DNA of 64,000 nt from an uncultured Verrucomicrobiae bacterium (GCA_963769025.1 CAVYKI010000003.1:1280001-1344000); one strand, 5' to 3'; positions 9,756-20,026 are shown, counted from the first letter of the stretch. Notes: a model not told the origin generated them from the sequence alone. Numbers and translations: made by a program.

Positions 9756-11749
9756 ATGCTGACCATTTCCGCCATTTCAAAATCCTTCTCGGGGCGTGTG
9801 CTGTTCGAGGGTGCTTCTCTGCAGGTGAACCGTGGGGACCGCATCGGGCTCGTCGGGGCGAACGGGGCGGGGAAGTCCACACTGTTCTCGATCATCCTCG
9901 GCGAGGATACGCCGGACGACGGGCGCATCTCGATGGAACGCGGGATCACGTTCGGCTTTCTCCCGCAGGAAAGCGCGCCGGTGGGCGGCGAGACGGTGAT
10001 CGATCTCGCGACGGGCGTGACGCCCGAGTTGATCAAGGCGCGCGAGACGATGCGCCGCTGCGAGGCCGCGGGCGACACGGAGAGCGACGAATACCACGAG
10101 GCGATCGGCGATTTTGCGGAGAATGACGGGCACTCGATCACGGCGAAGGCGAAGCGGATTCTCTCGGGGCTGGCATTCCGCGAGAAGGATGTGGACCGCC
10201 CGGCGGCGGCGCTGAGCGGCGGCTGGATCATGCGCGCGCACCTCGCGCGGCTGCTCACGCAGGAGCCCGACTTGCTGCTGCTCGACGAGCCGACGAACCA
10301 TCTCGATCTCGAATCGCTCGTCTGGTTCCGCGAATATCTGCGCGGCTATCCCGGCGCGATCGTGATGATTTCGCATGACCGCGATTTCCTGAACCAGCTC
10401 GTGCGCGACATCGTGGAGATCGCGCGCTGCAAGCTGCACCGCTACCGCGGGAATTTCGACGCCTACCTCGCCGAGAAGGCCGCGCGCGATGTGCAGCACG
10501 CGGCGGCTTACGCAAATCAGCAGCGCGAGATCGATCGGCTGCAGGATTTCGTGGACCGCTTCCGCGCAAAGGCGAGCAAGGCGTCGCAGGCGCAGAGCAA
10601 GCTGAAGCAGATCGAGCGCATGGACCTGATCGAGGCGCCGCCGGATGCGGATGCGCGCGTGCGGTTCAGCTTCCCGCAGCCGCAGCGCAGCGGGCACCGC
10701 GTGATCACGCTCAAGGACGTGGACTTCGCGTATAATAAAAGCGCCGATGGCAGTGGCGGACTCACCGTTTACACCGGGCTGAATTTCGAGGCGGAGCGCA
10801 GCCAGCGCACCGTGCTCGTGGGGCCGAACGGCGCGGGGAAATCCACGCTCATCAAGCTGCTCGCGGGCATTCTCGAACCGCAGCGCGGCGAGCGGATTCT
10901 CGGGCACAATGTGCGCGCGGGATACTTCGCGCAGAATCGCGTGGAGCAGCTCAACATGCGGCAGACGGTGCTCGAGGCCGCGCAGGATTTGGCGTCGCGT
11001 CCCGGCGAACAGGCCGCCCGCTCGGTGCTGGGATCGTTCCTTTTCCGCGGCGACGATGTGTTCAAGCCGGTCGCCGTTTTGAGCGGCGGAGAAAAGTCGC
11101 GCCTCGCGCTCGCACGGCTGCTGCTCGATCCGCCGAATCTCATCCTCATGGACGAGCCGACGACGCATCTCGACATCCCGAGCATCGATGCGCTCATCGG
11201 CGCGCTGGAGCAGTATGAGGGCACGGTCATCTTCATCAGCCATGACGTGCATTTCATCCGCCGCGTCGCGAGCACCGTGCTGCACATCAGCGCCGGCCAG
11301 CTCACGCCCTACGCGGGCGACTACCAGTATTACCTCGATAAGACGCGCGCGACTTCCGCGAAGGAGGCGCTCGTGGCCGGCGAACAGCTCCACGATTTCC
11401 AACCCGCCGCCGCTGCGGCGGTAAAGCCGAAGGGCCCAGGCCTGAAGGAGATCAAGGAACGCGAACGCGCCGCCGCCAACGAACGCAAGGCCGCCGCGCA
11501 GGCGAAGCGCGACCGGGAAAAGCGCGTGACCGAACTCGAACAGAGCATCGCGACGATGGAGGGACGCCAGCGCGATCTGACGCAGCTTTTGCAAAACCCG
11601 ATCGTGCATGCGCCCGGCAGGCACAGCGCCGAATCTGTCGCGGGAACTCACCGAACTCACGAGGAAGCTCTACGGACCAGCAGGCCGAGTGGGAACGCGA
11701 ACTGGCGCTGATCGAGGCGGATGCTTCGCCGGCGACGCGTGAGCGGTAA
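9756..11749 (+). CDS. ABC-F family ATP-binding protein (C-terminal frameshifts near 11620-11710; end approximate)
   Basis: Two ABC domains (GANGAGKST/LSGGW/LLLDEPTNHLD; GPNGAGKST/LSGGEKSR/DEPTTHLD), inter-domain linker, no TM segments, coiled-coil tail. Confidence 0.92.
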
Positions 11750-11751
11750 GT

Positions 11752-11807
11752 GGGCGCGCTCGGCGAGCGCGCCCTGCCGTGGCAGGGTGGCCTTGCCGAG
11801 GCCGCCC
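11752..11807. repeat. Inverted pair of REP-like hairpins between convergent genes
   Basis: Minus strand ggcagggcgcgctcgccgagcgcgccc (11752-11778) and plus strand ggcagggtggccttgccgaggccgccc (11781-11807); each forms a GC stem. Confidence 0.55.
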
Positions 11808-11812
11808 TGTTC

Positions 11813-12685
11813 TCACTCCACGAACTCCAGCTCGCCCAGCTCCGGCACGAAGCCGAGCTGCTGGCCGCGGCCGAGGAATTCGCGGATCGCGGCGCGGCCG
11901 GTGTCGCCGTAGTCGAGCGTGTAGTCGTTCACGTACATGCCGATGAATTTGTCCGCGAGCGTCTCATCCATGTCGCGCGCGAGCGGCATGGCGTGGGCGA
12001 CGCCGGCGGCGCGGTGGTCGAGGCCGTAGCGGATGCTCTCGAAGAGGATGCGGTTGATCTCCGAGCGGTCGGCGGGCGCGATGTCCTTGCGGATGACGTT
12101 GCCGCCGAGCGGGAGCGGGTAGCCGGTCTCGGTCTTCCACCACGCGCCGAGGTCGAGCACGAGGTCGAAGCCGTCGCGCGCATACGTGAGCTGGCCCTCG
12201 TGGATGATGAGGCCGACGTCCGCATTTCCCTCCTCGATGAAGCTGAAGATTTTGTCGAACGGCACGACGACGTGCATGGGCTCGGTGTAGAGGAAGAGTT
12301 TCAGCGCGAGGAATGCGCTCGTCATTTTCCCCGGCACGGCGATGCGCTGGTGGCCGAGCCAGTCGCGGATCGCGCTGAAGTCGGTGAGGTCCGGCAGCGC
12401 CTTGCCGCGGCGGACGATGAGCATCGGGCCGTAGCCGTCGCCCATGCTCGCGCCGCAGGGGAGCAGCGCGTATTTGTCCGCGACGTGCGCGTAGGCGTGG
12501 ATGCTGATGGCGGAGATGTGCAGTTCGCCGCGCGTGGCGCGTTCGTTCAGCGTCTGGATGTCCTGGAGGATGTGCTCGAAGCGCCAGCGGCCCGTGGGGA
12601 TTTTTCCCTCGGCGAGCGCGAAGAACATGAAGGCGTCGTCCGGGTCGGGCGAGTGGCCGAGGGTGAGTGTGGTTGGTTCGGACAT
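11813..12685 (-). CDS. mqnD: 1,4-dihydroxy-6-naphthoate synthase (futalosine menaquinone pathway), MqnA/MqnD family
   Basis: LTLGHSPDPDDAFMFFAL, DIQTLN, GDGYGP, IIHEGQLTY, PLPLGG, FIGMYVNDYT. Confidence 0.88.
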   Translation of the reverse strand: MSEPTTLTLGHSPDPDDAFMFFALAEGKIPTGRWRFEHILQDIQTLNERATRGELHISAISIHAYAHVADKYALLPCGASMGDGYGPMLIVRRGKALPDLTDFSAIRDWLGHQRIAVPGKMTSAFLALKLFLYTEPMHVVVPFDKIFSFIEEGNADVGLIIHEGQLTYARDGFDLVLDLGAWWKTETGYPLPLGGNVIRKDIAPADRSEINRILFESIRYGLDHRAAGVAHAMPLARDMDETLADKFIGMYVNDYTLDYGDTGRAAIREFLGRGQQLGFVPELGELEFVE

Positions 12686-12695
12686 GGTTGAAAGT

Positions 12696-13061
12696 TTACG
12701 AAAGTGCGCGACCCGCGGTTGCGCCGAGCCACACGCCGAGCAGGCAGAGGCCCATCGAGAGCGCGACATTCAGCACGGCGAGGCCGGTGTTGCCAGCGTG
12801 GAAGAGTTCGAGCGTTTGCAGGCTGAATGTCGAGAACGTCGTGTAGCCGCCCAGGACTCCGACCATGAGAAAGTAGCGGTCGAATTCGCCGGGACCGTTT
12901 TCGCGCAGATTGCCGAGCAGGCCGATGAGGAAGCAGCCGGTGACATTCACAAACAGCGTGCCCCAGAACGGCGCGCCGGCCTTGTGCCCGATGACGCTGC
13001 CGAGCCAGAACCGCAGCACGCTGCCGAGCGCGCCGCCGAGTGCGACCATGAGGTAGGTCAT
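12696..13061 (-). CDS. crcB: Fluoride efflux channel Fluc/CrcB
   Basis: GGALGSVLRF, GTLFVNVTGCFLIG, GVLGGYTTFSTF. Confidence 0.93.
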   Translation of the reverse strand: MTYLMVALGGALGSVLRFWLGSVIGHKAGAPFWGTLFVNVTGCFLIGLLGNLRENGPGEFDRYFLMVGVLGGYTTFSTFSLQTLELFHAGNTGLAVLNVALSMGLCLLGVWLGATAGRALS

Positions 13062-13953
13062 TTCGCCATCAGCCCGCGAGCCTTGAGCCACAGCTCAGCG
13101 CGGCCGGGCCAGTCGCCGGGGGCTTGCGTGGCATTCGGGCGCATGCCGAAGCCGTGGCCGCCGGTGGAGTAGATGTGCAGTTCGGCGGAGACCTTCGCCT
13201 TTCGCAGCGCGAGGAATGCGAGCGTGCTGCCCTCGGCGAGCGAGCCGGGATCGTCGTAGGCCTGCGCGAGGAAGGTCGGCGGCGTCTTGGCGGTGATGTG
13301 GATTTCGGGCTTCAGCTCGGTGAGCGAGCCGTCGGCGAGGATGTGCCACGCGTAGCAGAGCATGAGGAAATCGGGACGGCAGCTCACCTTGTCCGTGGCG
13401 TCGGCGGCGGGGTAGAGGCGCGACTCGTCGTTCGTCGCGGCGATGAGCGCGACCTGGCCGCCGCGCTGAAGCCGAAGAGCCCGATGCGATCCGGCTGCAC
13501 GCCGAGGTCGGCGGCCTTCGCGCGCACGAGGCTGATGGCGCGCTGCGTGTCCCATGCGGGAAATTCCCACGACTTCGCGAGCTTGTTCGTCGGGCAGCGG
13601 TGCTGGAGCACGGCGGCGGCGAAGCCGCGTTCGCGGAACCACAGCGCGAGGTCGGAGCCTTCGTGCTCGGAGGCGAGGACGCCGAAGCCACCGCCGGGGA
13701 CGATCACGACGGCAGCGCCGTTCCTTTTCTCCGCGGTGGGAAGGTAGAACTCCAGGCGCGGCTCGGAAACGTTCGTGAGCCGCGAGATGGGCGTCTTGTC
13801 CGTCGGCTTCGGGCCGGTGAGGATCTCGGGGCCGGGTGCGGTGAAGTCGCCGGGCGGATTGCCGTCCCACAGCTTCAGCACGCGGTCGGGCTTCGGGATT
13901 TCGGCACGGACGAACGTGGTGAGCAGTGCGAGGAGGGCGAGCGCGGTTTTCAT
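13058..13953 (-). CDS. Secreted alpha/beta-hydrolase (carbohydrate-esterase-like; frameshift near 13460)
   Basis: Signal peptide; VIVPGGGF, HEG, IGLFGFSA(GG) nucleophile elbow, TPPTFL, GGHGFG. Confidence 0.85.
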
Positions 13954-14023
13954 GCGGCGCGAATGGAGCGCACATTCGCGCGGAGGCGGCAATGCTTTCG
14001 TGGTCTTGCGAATCGAAAACAGA

Positions 14024-14115
14024 GGTCATCCTGAGCGCAGCGAAGGATCCCGTGAACTGCAAGTTGGACGTCCGGCCCGGATTCGACGGGGTTCTTCGCT
14101 GCGCTCAGAATGACC
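14024..14115. repeat. REP/MITE-like palindromic element
   Basis: ggtcatcctgagcgcagcgaaggatcccgtgaa ... ttcgacggggttcttcgctgcgctcagaatgacc: ~30-bp imperfect inverted arms in an intergenic region. Confidence 0.85.
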
Positions 14116-14201
14116 GTGATTCTGAAAGCATTCCATTCATCTCCCCCGCAACGAGCGCGCGCAGGCTTGGCAAAGTTGCGCGCGTGCTTTCCGATGCGCG
14201 C

Positions 14202-15242
14202 ATGAGCAGCACCCACCTCCGCCATTTCGCGAGCGACAACTACGCCGGCTGCACGCCCGAGGCTTGGGCGGCGATGGACGAGGCGCGGCACGGCCACGCG
14301 CCGGGCTACGGCGACGACGAGTGGACGGCCCGCGCGGCGAATCTCATCCGCGAATTGTTCGAGACGGACTGCAGCGTGTTCTTCGTCTTCAACGGCACGG
14401 CGGCGAATTCGCTGGCGCTCGCGAGCTGCTGCCAGAGCTACCACAGCATCCTCTGCCACGAGCTCGCGCACGTGGAGACGGACGAGTGCGGCGCGCCGGA
14501 GTTTTTCAGCAACGGGACGAAGGTGCTGCTGCTGCCGGGGGAGAACGGCAAGATCGATCCCGTCGGCATCGAGCGCACGGTGAAGAAGCGCACGGATCTC
14601 CATTTTCCAAAGCCGCACGCGGTCTCGATCACGCAGAGCACGGAGGTCGGCACGGCTTACTCGGCGGCTGAAATCAAAGCGATTTGGGCGAAGACGAAGG
14701 CGCACGGGCTGAAGCTGCACATGGACGGCGCGCGCTTCGCGAACGCCGTCGCGAGCCTCGGCTGCTCGCCGAAGGAAATCACGTGGCAGGCGGGCGTGGA
14801 TGTCCTGTGCTTCGGCGGCACGAAGCAGGGCATGGCGATGGGCGAGGCGGTCGTGTTTTTCAACCGCGAGATGGCGCACGAGTTCGAATACCGCTGCAAG
14901 CAGGCCGGACAGCTCGCGAGCAAGATGCGTTTTCTGAGCGCGCCGTGGGTCGGGATGCTGAAGGATGGCGCGTGGCTGAAGCACGCCGCCCACGCGAACG
15001 CGATGGCCGCGCGGCTCGAGACGGCGCTGCACGGCATCCCCGGAACACGTCAACTTTTCCCGAGGCAGGCAAATGGCGTCTTTGTCGAACTCCCGCTGCC
15101 TGCGATCGAAAAGCTGCACGCGCGCGGCTGGCGATTCTACACATTCATCGGCGCGGGCGGCTGCCGCTTCATGTGCTCGTGGGACACGCAGCCGGAGGAT
15201 GTGGACGCGCTCGCGGCGGACGTGCGCGCGGCCCTTGCGTGA
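14202..15242 (+). CDS. ltaE: Low-specificity L-threonine aldolase
   Basis: HFASDNYAG, FNGTAANSLAL, HVETDECGAPEFF, LHMDGARFANA, GGTKQG, KQAGQLASKMRF. Confidence 0.92.
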   Translation: MSSTHLRHFASDNYAGCTPEAWAAMDEARHGHAPGYGDDEWTARAANLIRELFETDCSVFFVFNGTAANSLALASCCQSYHSILCHELAHVETDECGAPEFFSNGTKVLLLPGENGKIDPVGIERTVKKRTDLHFPKPHAVSITQSTEVGTAYSAAEIKAIWAKTKAHGLKLHMDGARFANAVASLGCSPKEITWQAGVDVLCFGGTKQGMAMGEAVVFFNREMAHEFEYRCKQAGQLASKMRFLSAPWVGMLKDGAWLKHAAHANAMAARLETALHGIPGTRQLFPRQANGVFVELPLPAIEKLHARGWRFYTFIGAGGCRFMCSWDTQPEDVDALAADVRAALA

Positions 15243-15246
15243 GTTT

Positions 15247-15275
15247 TTGACAAGGCTGCATAAAGACCCTATAAG
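15247..15275 (+). promoter_or_regulatory. Sigma70-type promoter of the toxin-antitoxin operon (leaderless geometry)
   Basis: TTGACA (15247-15252), 17 nt, TATAAG (15270-15275), 6 nt, then ATG at 15282. Confidence 0.75.
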
Positions 15276-15281
15276 GCCCGT

Positions 15282-15590
15282 ATGAAAACCCTCACAATCA
15301 CCGAGGCGAAGAAAAACCTCGGCGCATGGCTGAAGGCTGCCGGGCGCGGCGAGGAGGTGGCCATCCTCTCCGGCGCGGATATCATCGCGCTGCGCAAGGT
15401 GGAGATTACGGCCGTGGACCACAGCTTCGCCGCTGCCGAATACGGCGCGACTCCGGAGGAGCTCGAGCGATTCGAGCGCGCCGTGGATCAGCATTTTGCC
15501 ACCAGCAAGAAGGCCGGGCGGTTGATGACGCTGGAACAGACAGCCAAGGCCCTTGAAAAAGCCCCTGCTGATCGACGCCGCCGTCTTTGA
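15282..15590 (+). CDS. Phd/YefM-like antitoxin
   Basis: MKTLTITEAKKNLGAWLKAAGRGEEVAI matches the Phd N-terminal pattern; overlaps a downstream small basic ORF. Confidence 0.7.
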   Translation: MKTLTITEAKKNLGAWLKAAGRGEEVAILSGADIIALRKVEITAVDHSFAAAEYGATPEELERFERAVDQHFATSKKAGRLMTLEQTAKALEKAPADRRRRL

Positions 15591-15844
15591 GCGGCTGGAA
15601 TCGCTCGTGCGTGCCGAGCGGGCGGAGTGCCTCCTCGCGCTGCATGAACTGCGAAAGACATTCGGCCAGCCGCATGTCCACGCAGGCATCGGCATCCGCA
15701 AACTGCGCGCGCGGACCTTTGAGTGCCGGGCGAATCTCGCGCTGCGTTTCCTTTTCCAAAACCGCACGGACTGCCTCTACGTCTTCGCGCTCGCCGATCA
15801 TGATGAAGTGCGCCGCCTCCTGCAAGACAGGGCAACTGGACTGA
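15553..15844 (+). CDS. RelE/ParE-superfamily-like toxin (stop apparently displaced by a frameshift near 15822)
   Basis: ~95 aa; FGQPHVHAGIGIRKLRARTFECRANLALRFLF...ADHDEVRRLL; the neighbouring frame ends KTGQLD* at 15844. Confidence 0.65.
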
Positions 15845-15897
15845 GTGCTGCGGACTCTGAATTCGACTTCCCTTTGTGCATCGTGGAGACTCCGCCC

Positions 15898-18584
15898 ATG
15901 CGCACGCTGCTGTTCCTCCTCGCCCTCGCGCTCGCTGCGCGTGCGCAGATGCACCCTTCGCTGCCGGAGCCGGGGACGCTCGACGGGCTCGGGGTGAACA
16001 TTCACTTCACCGAGCCGCTGCCGGGCGAACTGGAGATGATCCGCGCGGCGGGGTTCCGCTGGGTGCGCATGGATTTCACGTGGGCGGCGACGGAGCCGGA
16101 GCCGGGGCGCTACGACTTTGCGAAATACGACTCGCTCCTCGCTGCGCTCGAAAAGGCCGGGCTGCGCGCGTATTTCATCCTCGACTACGGGCATCCGAAA
16201 TATCGCGGACGCGGGCGACAAGCAACCCTTCACGAGTCGCGCGGGCACGCAGGAGTTTCGCGATGCGTTTGCGAAATGGGCCGTCGCCGCCGTCGGGCAT
16301 TTCAAGGGGCGCGGCATCGTGTGGGAGCTTTGGAACGAGCCGAACATCGCGGGCTTCTGGAAGCCGAAGCCGGACGTGCAGCAATACATCGCCCTCGCGA
16401 AGACCGTCGCCGCCGCGCTGGAAAAGGCGGGCCTCCGCACGAAGGTCGCGCACCTTCCCGCCCGGCACGAAGCGCGAGGCCGCGGGCGAATGCCTCGTGG
16501 GCCCCGCGACGAGCGTCATTGACCTGCCGTTCCTCGACGCCTGCTTCGCCGCCGGGCTGCTCGAGGTGTTCGACGCCATCAGCGTCCACCCCTACCGGCA
16601 GGGCGCGCCCGAGAGCGTCGCCGAGGAATACCGCGCGCTGCGCCTGCTCATCCGCCGCCATTGCGCCGCCGACGCGCTGCCGCTCGGCACCTTCGACCCG
16701 TCGCGCCCGAACCCCGCGCGCCGCATCCCGATCCTGAGCGGCGAATGGGGCTGGTCGGCCGCGTGGCCGTCCCTCGGAAAGGACGAGGCCGCGCGCGAGG
16801 CCACGCAGGCGAAATACCTCCCGCGCATGTTCCTCACGAACGTGGCCAACGACATCCCGCTGAGCATCTGGTATGACTGGCGCGACGACGGCGACGACCC
16901 GAAGGAAGCCGAGCACCGCTTCGGCATCGTCCGCCGCAAACCGGACCGGCGCACAGCGAAAGCACGTTTCGACTTCACGTCAATGGTTTTCGCCGCTCGC
17001 TACGGCGATGAAATCATGTCCGAGATTGCGGGATGCATTTGACGCAATGCGGCTATCGACCGCGTTTTGACATCCGGCGAATACTCCTTCGCACGCTGCA
17101 GCGCTCTCAGTCAACGCGGTGCTCCACCTGAACACGCGACGGCTGTATTCAGGTCCGCAAAAACTTTGAGGTCATCGGCTTTCAGTCGCTGACGATGCCT
17201 CGAGAGATCAGGTGAGCATCGAGATGCATCCGCGCGAATGATGGTTTCTCAGCCGCTTATGGCTGTGCTTGCGTCAGCAAGTCGGTTCCGCTGCGTTTCA
17301 CGGTCCTCGCTTGAGAGACGCTGCTCAAGAACGTCGGCTGTGCAACCGCCGACGCTTTCGGCGTCAGATTCGACCGAACAAGTCACGCCTCGATCTTCAG
17401 TACTCGAACCATCGGCAGCCCGACGCGATTGCTATGCCCGCCGCGGGAGAAGTTCCACCAGCGCAACGAGCGACCCTAGAGCGATGCACTACGCCAAAGT
17501 GATGCGCATTTCCGCATCCGATCCAGCCGGATCGTGGAGTGAACGGCTCGACTCGACGAAACTCATTTGCTTTTCACGAAAGCAGGGCTGTCGGACCTTT
17601 CGATGTTTTCATCTAACGGCGCAGTCTCGAGCGATCGTGAAGAAACGTGACCATCGCGCCAATCGCGGGACCGCGCGTGACACCGTTTGGTCGCACTTGT
17701 GCTCCGCGCCATAAACGCCGGCCGAAGCGCAGATGGCGCGATGTCATGCGACACTACCAACAGCGTCGGTGTAGTTCGTGCGGAACGGACGCATTTCCAG
17801 TTTACGATCGCTCGAACTCGTGTTGGCTGCACGCTTTCGAGCAAACTGTTTGCAACGCACAACGCGAACACACGTACGGTGATCGCCGACCAACGCAATG
17901 GTGACGATTCATGCTGGACAGGCTGAACGAGCCAGCTCTGTTCGGAGACAGGAGTGGGCGCCGCGCGCAAGTGCGTCAGCCCATGCCATTGCTCGTGACC
18001 TCGGCGAGGACGCGACTGTCGTTCACAGGCACCAATAAACCTTTATTCTTCAGCCAGCGTTGGGATGCCGCCGGGTTGGCCGAAAATCGCATAACTGCGG
18101 ACATCGCATGCCGGCAGCGCCGGCGAATTCGGCTGCGGGGACGCCGAGCGTGGGGCTGCGCTACCGGTTCGGCGCGGGGTGGAAATTTGTCCGCATCGAG
18201 CCGAAGGACGCGGCGGCGCGGAAGATCGAGGGCGAGCCGGGGGCGTTCGGCATCTGGGTGCATGGGGACGGGCAGGGCGGCACGCCGTGCATCCGCCTGC
18301 GCGATGCGACGGGGCAGGTGCACCAGGTGCGCGGCGAGCCGGTGTCGTGGAAGGGCTGGCGCTACGTCACGTTCCCGCTGCGGCCCGCGGCGGACAGCGG
18401 GCAGACGATGATCCCGCTGCCGGATGCCGGCGCGGAGCAGCGCGTGTCGTGGGGCCACTGGGGCGGGGCGAATGACGGCGAGGTGCATCTGCCCATCGAG
18501 TGGGATTCGCTCTTCCTGCTCGATGGCAACCGGCGCGCAATGGAGGGCGAGATTTTCCTCTCCGCGCCGACGCTGGTGTATTGA
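15898..18584 (+). CDS. Secreted clan GH-A glycoside hydrolase (GH5/GH39-like) with C-terminal beta-sandwich/CBM-like domain; frameshifted, central part unreadable
   Basis: Signal peptide MRTLLFLLALALAARA; LGVNIHF, RWVRMDFTW, WELWNEPN (acid/base), ISVHPYR, LSGEWGWS (nucleophile), IWYDWRDDG, EHRFGIV; C-terminal GIWVHGDG...LRDATGQ...VSWKGWRYVTF. Confidence 0.75.
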
Positions 18585-18715
18585 GGGCGGGGGTTCACTG
18601 CGAAGGGCACAATCGGGACGAAGCGGTGACTGGTTATGGGCTGATAAGAGCGTGCCCAAAAGTGCGAATGGCGAAAACGGCTGGCGTTCACGCCGCCGCG
18701 TGGCAGGCTTCGGGC

Positions 18716-18946
18716 ATGACCAAGGAAGCACTCAGCCAGGCCATTCACCGGGTTCCTTTTCAACCCTTCGTTCTGCGCCTTGCCGATGGACGGGCGGTCC
18801 GCGTGCCTCATCACGATTTCATCTCAATGCACCCGACCGGCCGCACCGTAATCGTGTATGGGCGGGATGAGGACTTGGAAATCCTCGACGTGATGCTGGT
18901 CACGGGCTTGCAACTGGCCGGCAAGGCATCCAAGCGGCGGCCGTAA
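18716..18946 (+). CDS. Small hypothetical protein (76 aa)
   Basis: MTKEALSQAIHRVPFQPFVLRLADGRAVRVPHHDF resembles a small PFxPF...DG family I associate with Planctomycetota/Verrucomicrobiota. Confidence 0.7.
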   Translation: MTKEALSQAIHRVPFQPFVLRLADGRAVRVPHHDFISMHPTGRTVIVYGRDEDLEILDVMLVTGLQLAGKASKRRP

Positions 18947-19099
18947 TCGCGGGTTCCAGCGCCGGTGGAAGGCCGGGCCACACCAGCAAGAGCGCCTCGC
19001 CACGAAGGGCCGGAGGGCGGGTTCAAGTGAATCACGCCGCGGCGATACATTACTTTCCCGTTTCACATTCCGTGCGCCTGTGTTTAGAACGCACGGACT

Positions 19100-19832
19100 A
19101 TGGGACGACAATGGCTCCAAGCAAAACGTGAAGTCGCGAATCTTCGCAAGGGCGCGGTCGTGGGCAAGCTGACCAAGGAAATCGCCGTGGCCGCGAAGCT
19201 CGGCGGCGCGGACCCGGACTCGAATGCGCGGCTTTTTGCGGCGGTGGAAAAGGCGCGGAGGAATTCGGTGACGCGCGATGCGATCGAGCGGGCGATCAAG
19301 AAGGGCGCGGGGATCGGCGGCGAGAAGATGGTGATGGAACACATCGTTTTCGAGGGCTACGCGCCGCACAAGGTGGCGCTGATCGTGGAGGTGCTCACGG
19401 ACAACAACAACCGCACGGCGCCGGAGATCCGGAATCTTTTCAAACGCGGGCAGCTCGGTGCGCCGGGGAGCAACAAGTTTCTGTTCGAGCACGTGGGGCT
19501 CGTGGAGGCGCACACGGACAAGCTGGATGCGGACGCCGAGGAGGCGGCGATCGAGGCCGGAGCGAACGAGGTGGAGCCGCTTTCGCACGAGCAGAACGAC
19601 GACATTCCCGGCGGACAAGAAGGGCGCGCGGTTCATCACGGACCTGAAGGCGACGGCGGCGGTGTCGAAGTGGCTCTCGCAAAACGGGTGGACGGTGGTC
19701 ACGAGCGAGCTGGGCTATGTGCCGAAGAATTGCCCGGAGCTGAGCGACGAGGATCGCGCGGACGTGGGTGAGTTTTTGCAGGAACTCGATGACCACGACG
19801 ATGTGCATCGCGTGTGGGCTGCGATGAAGTGA
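19100..19832 (+). CDS. yebC: YebC/PmpR family protein (frameshift near 19610)
   Basis: KLTKEIAVAAKLGGADPDSNARL, FEGYAPHKVALIVEVLTDNNNRT, LDDHDDVHRVW. Confidence 0.92.
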
Positions 19833-19854
19833 CGGCGGGCGCGGGCGGGATTTT

Positions 19855-19997
19855 TTGAAACGCGGAGACGCAGAGCCGCGGAGAAGGAAAGGACTGGGCT
19901 GCTGTGCGGCGATTGGTTGCTTGCGATCTTTTGCGGGCCAATGGGGTTTCAGCCCCTATTGCATTTTCCTCCGCGTCTCGGTGTCTCGGCGTTTCAA
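19855..19997. repeat. Inverted repeat (cgcagagacgcagag-type REP) between convergent genes
   Basis: ttgaaacgcggagacgcagagccgcggag (from 19855) versus ttgaaacgccgagacaccgagacgcggag, the reverse complement of the arm ending at 19997. Confidence 0.75.
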
Positions 19998-20026
19998 CCG
20001 GAATCGCATTCGGCCGTGATTTTCGC

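Noticed and set aside
9756..11749. Antibiotic-resistance ABC-F
   Set aside because: Architecture fits housekeeping YheS/Uup-like ABC-F proteins; no leader peptide or mobile context seen
15553..16737. Apparent toxin-glycoside hydrolase fusion
   Set aside because: The glycosidase has its own ATG and signal peptide at 15898, and a neighbouring frame gives a natural toxin stop at 15844
16950..18120. Diversity-generating retroelement, prophage or CRISPR interpretation of the unreadable stretch
   Set aside because: No reverse transcriptase, template/variable repeat pair, integrase or regularly spaced direct repeats visible in the window
18644..18664. TAAGAGCGTGCCCAAAAGT, faintly like an IS5 terminal repeat
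   Set aside because: Weak similarity to the real IR at 51028, with no partner repeat or transposase remnant
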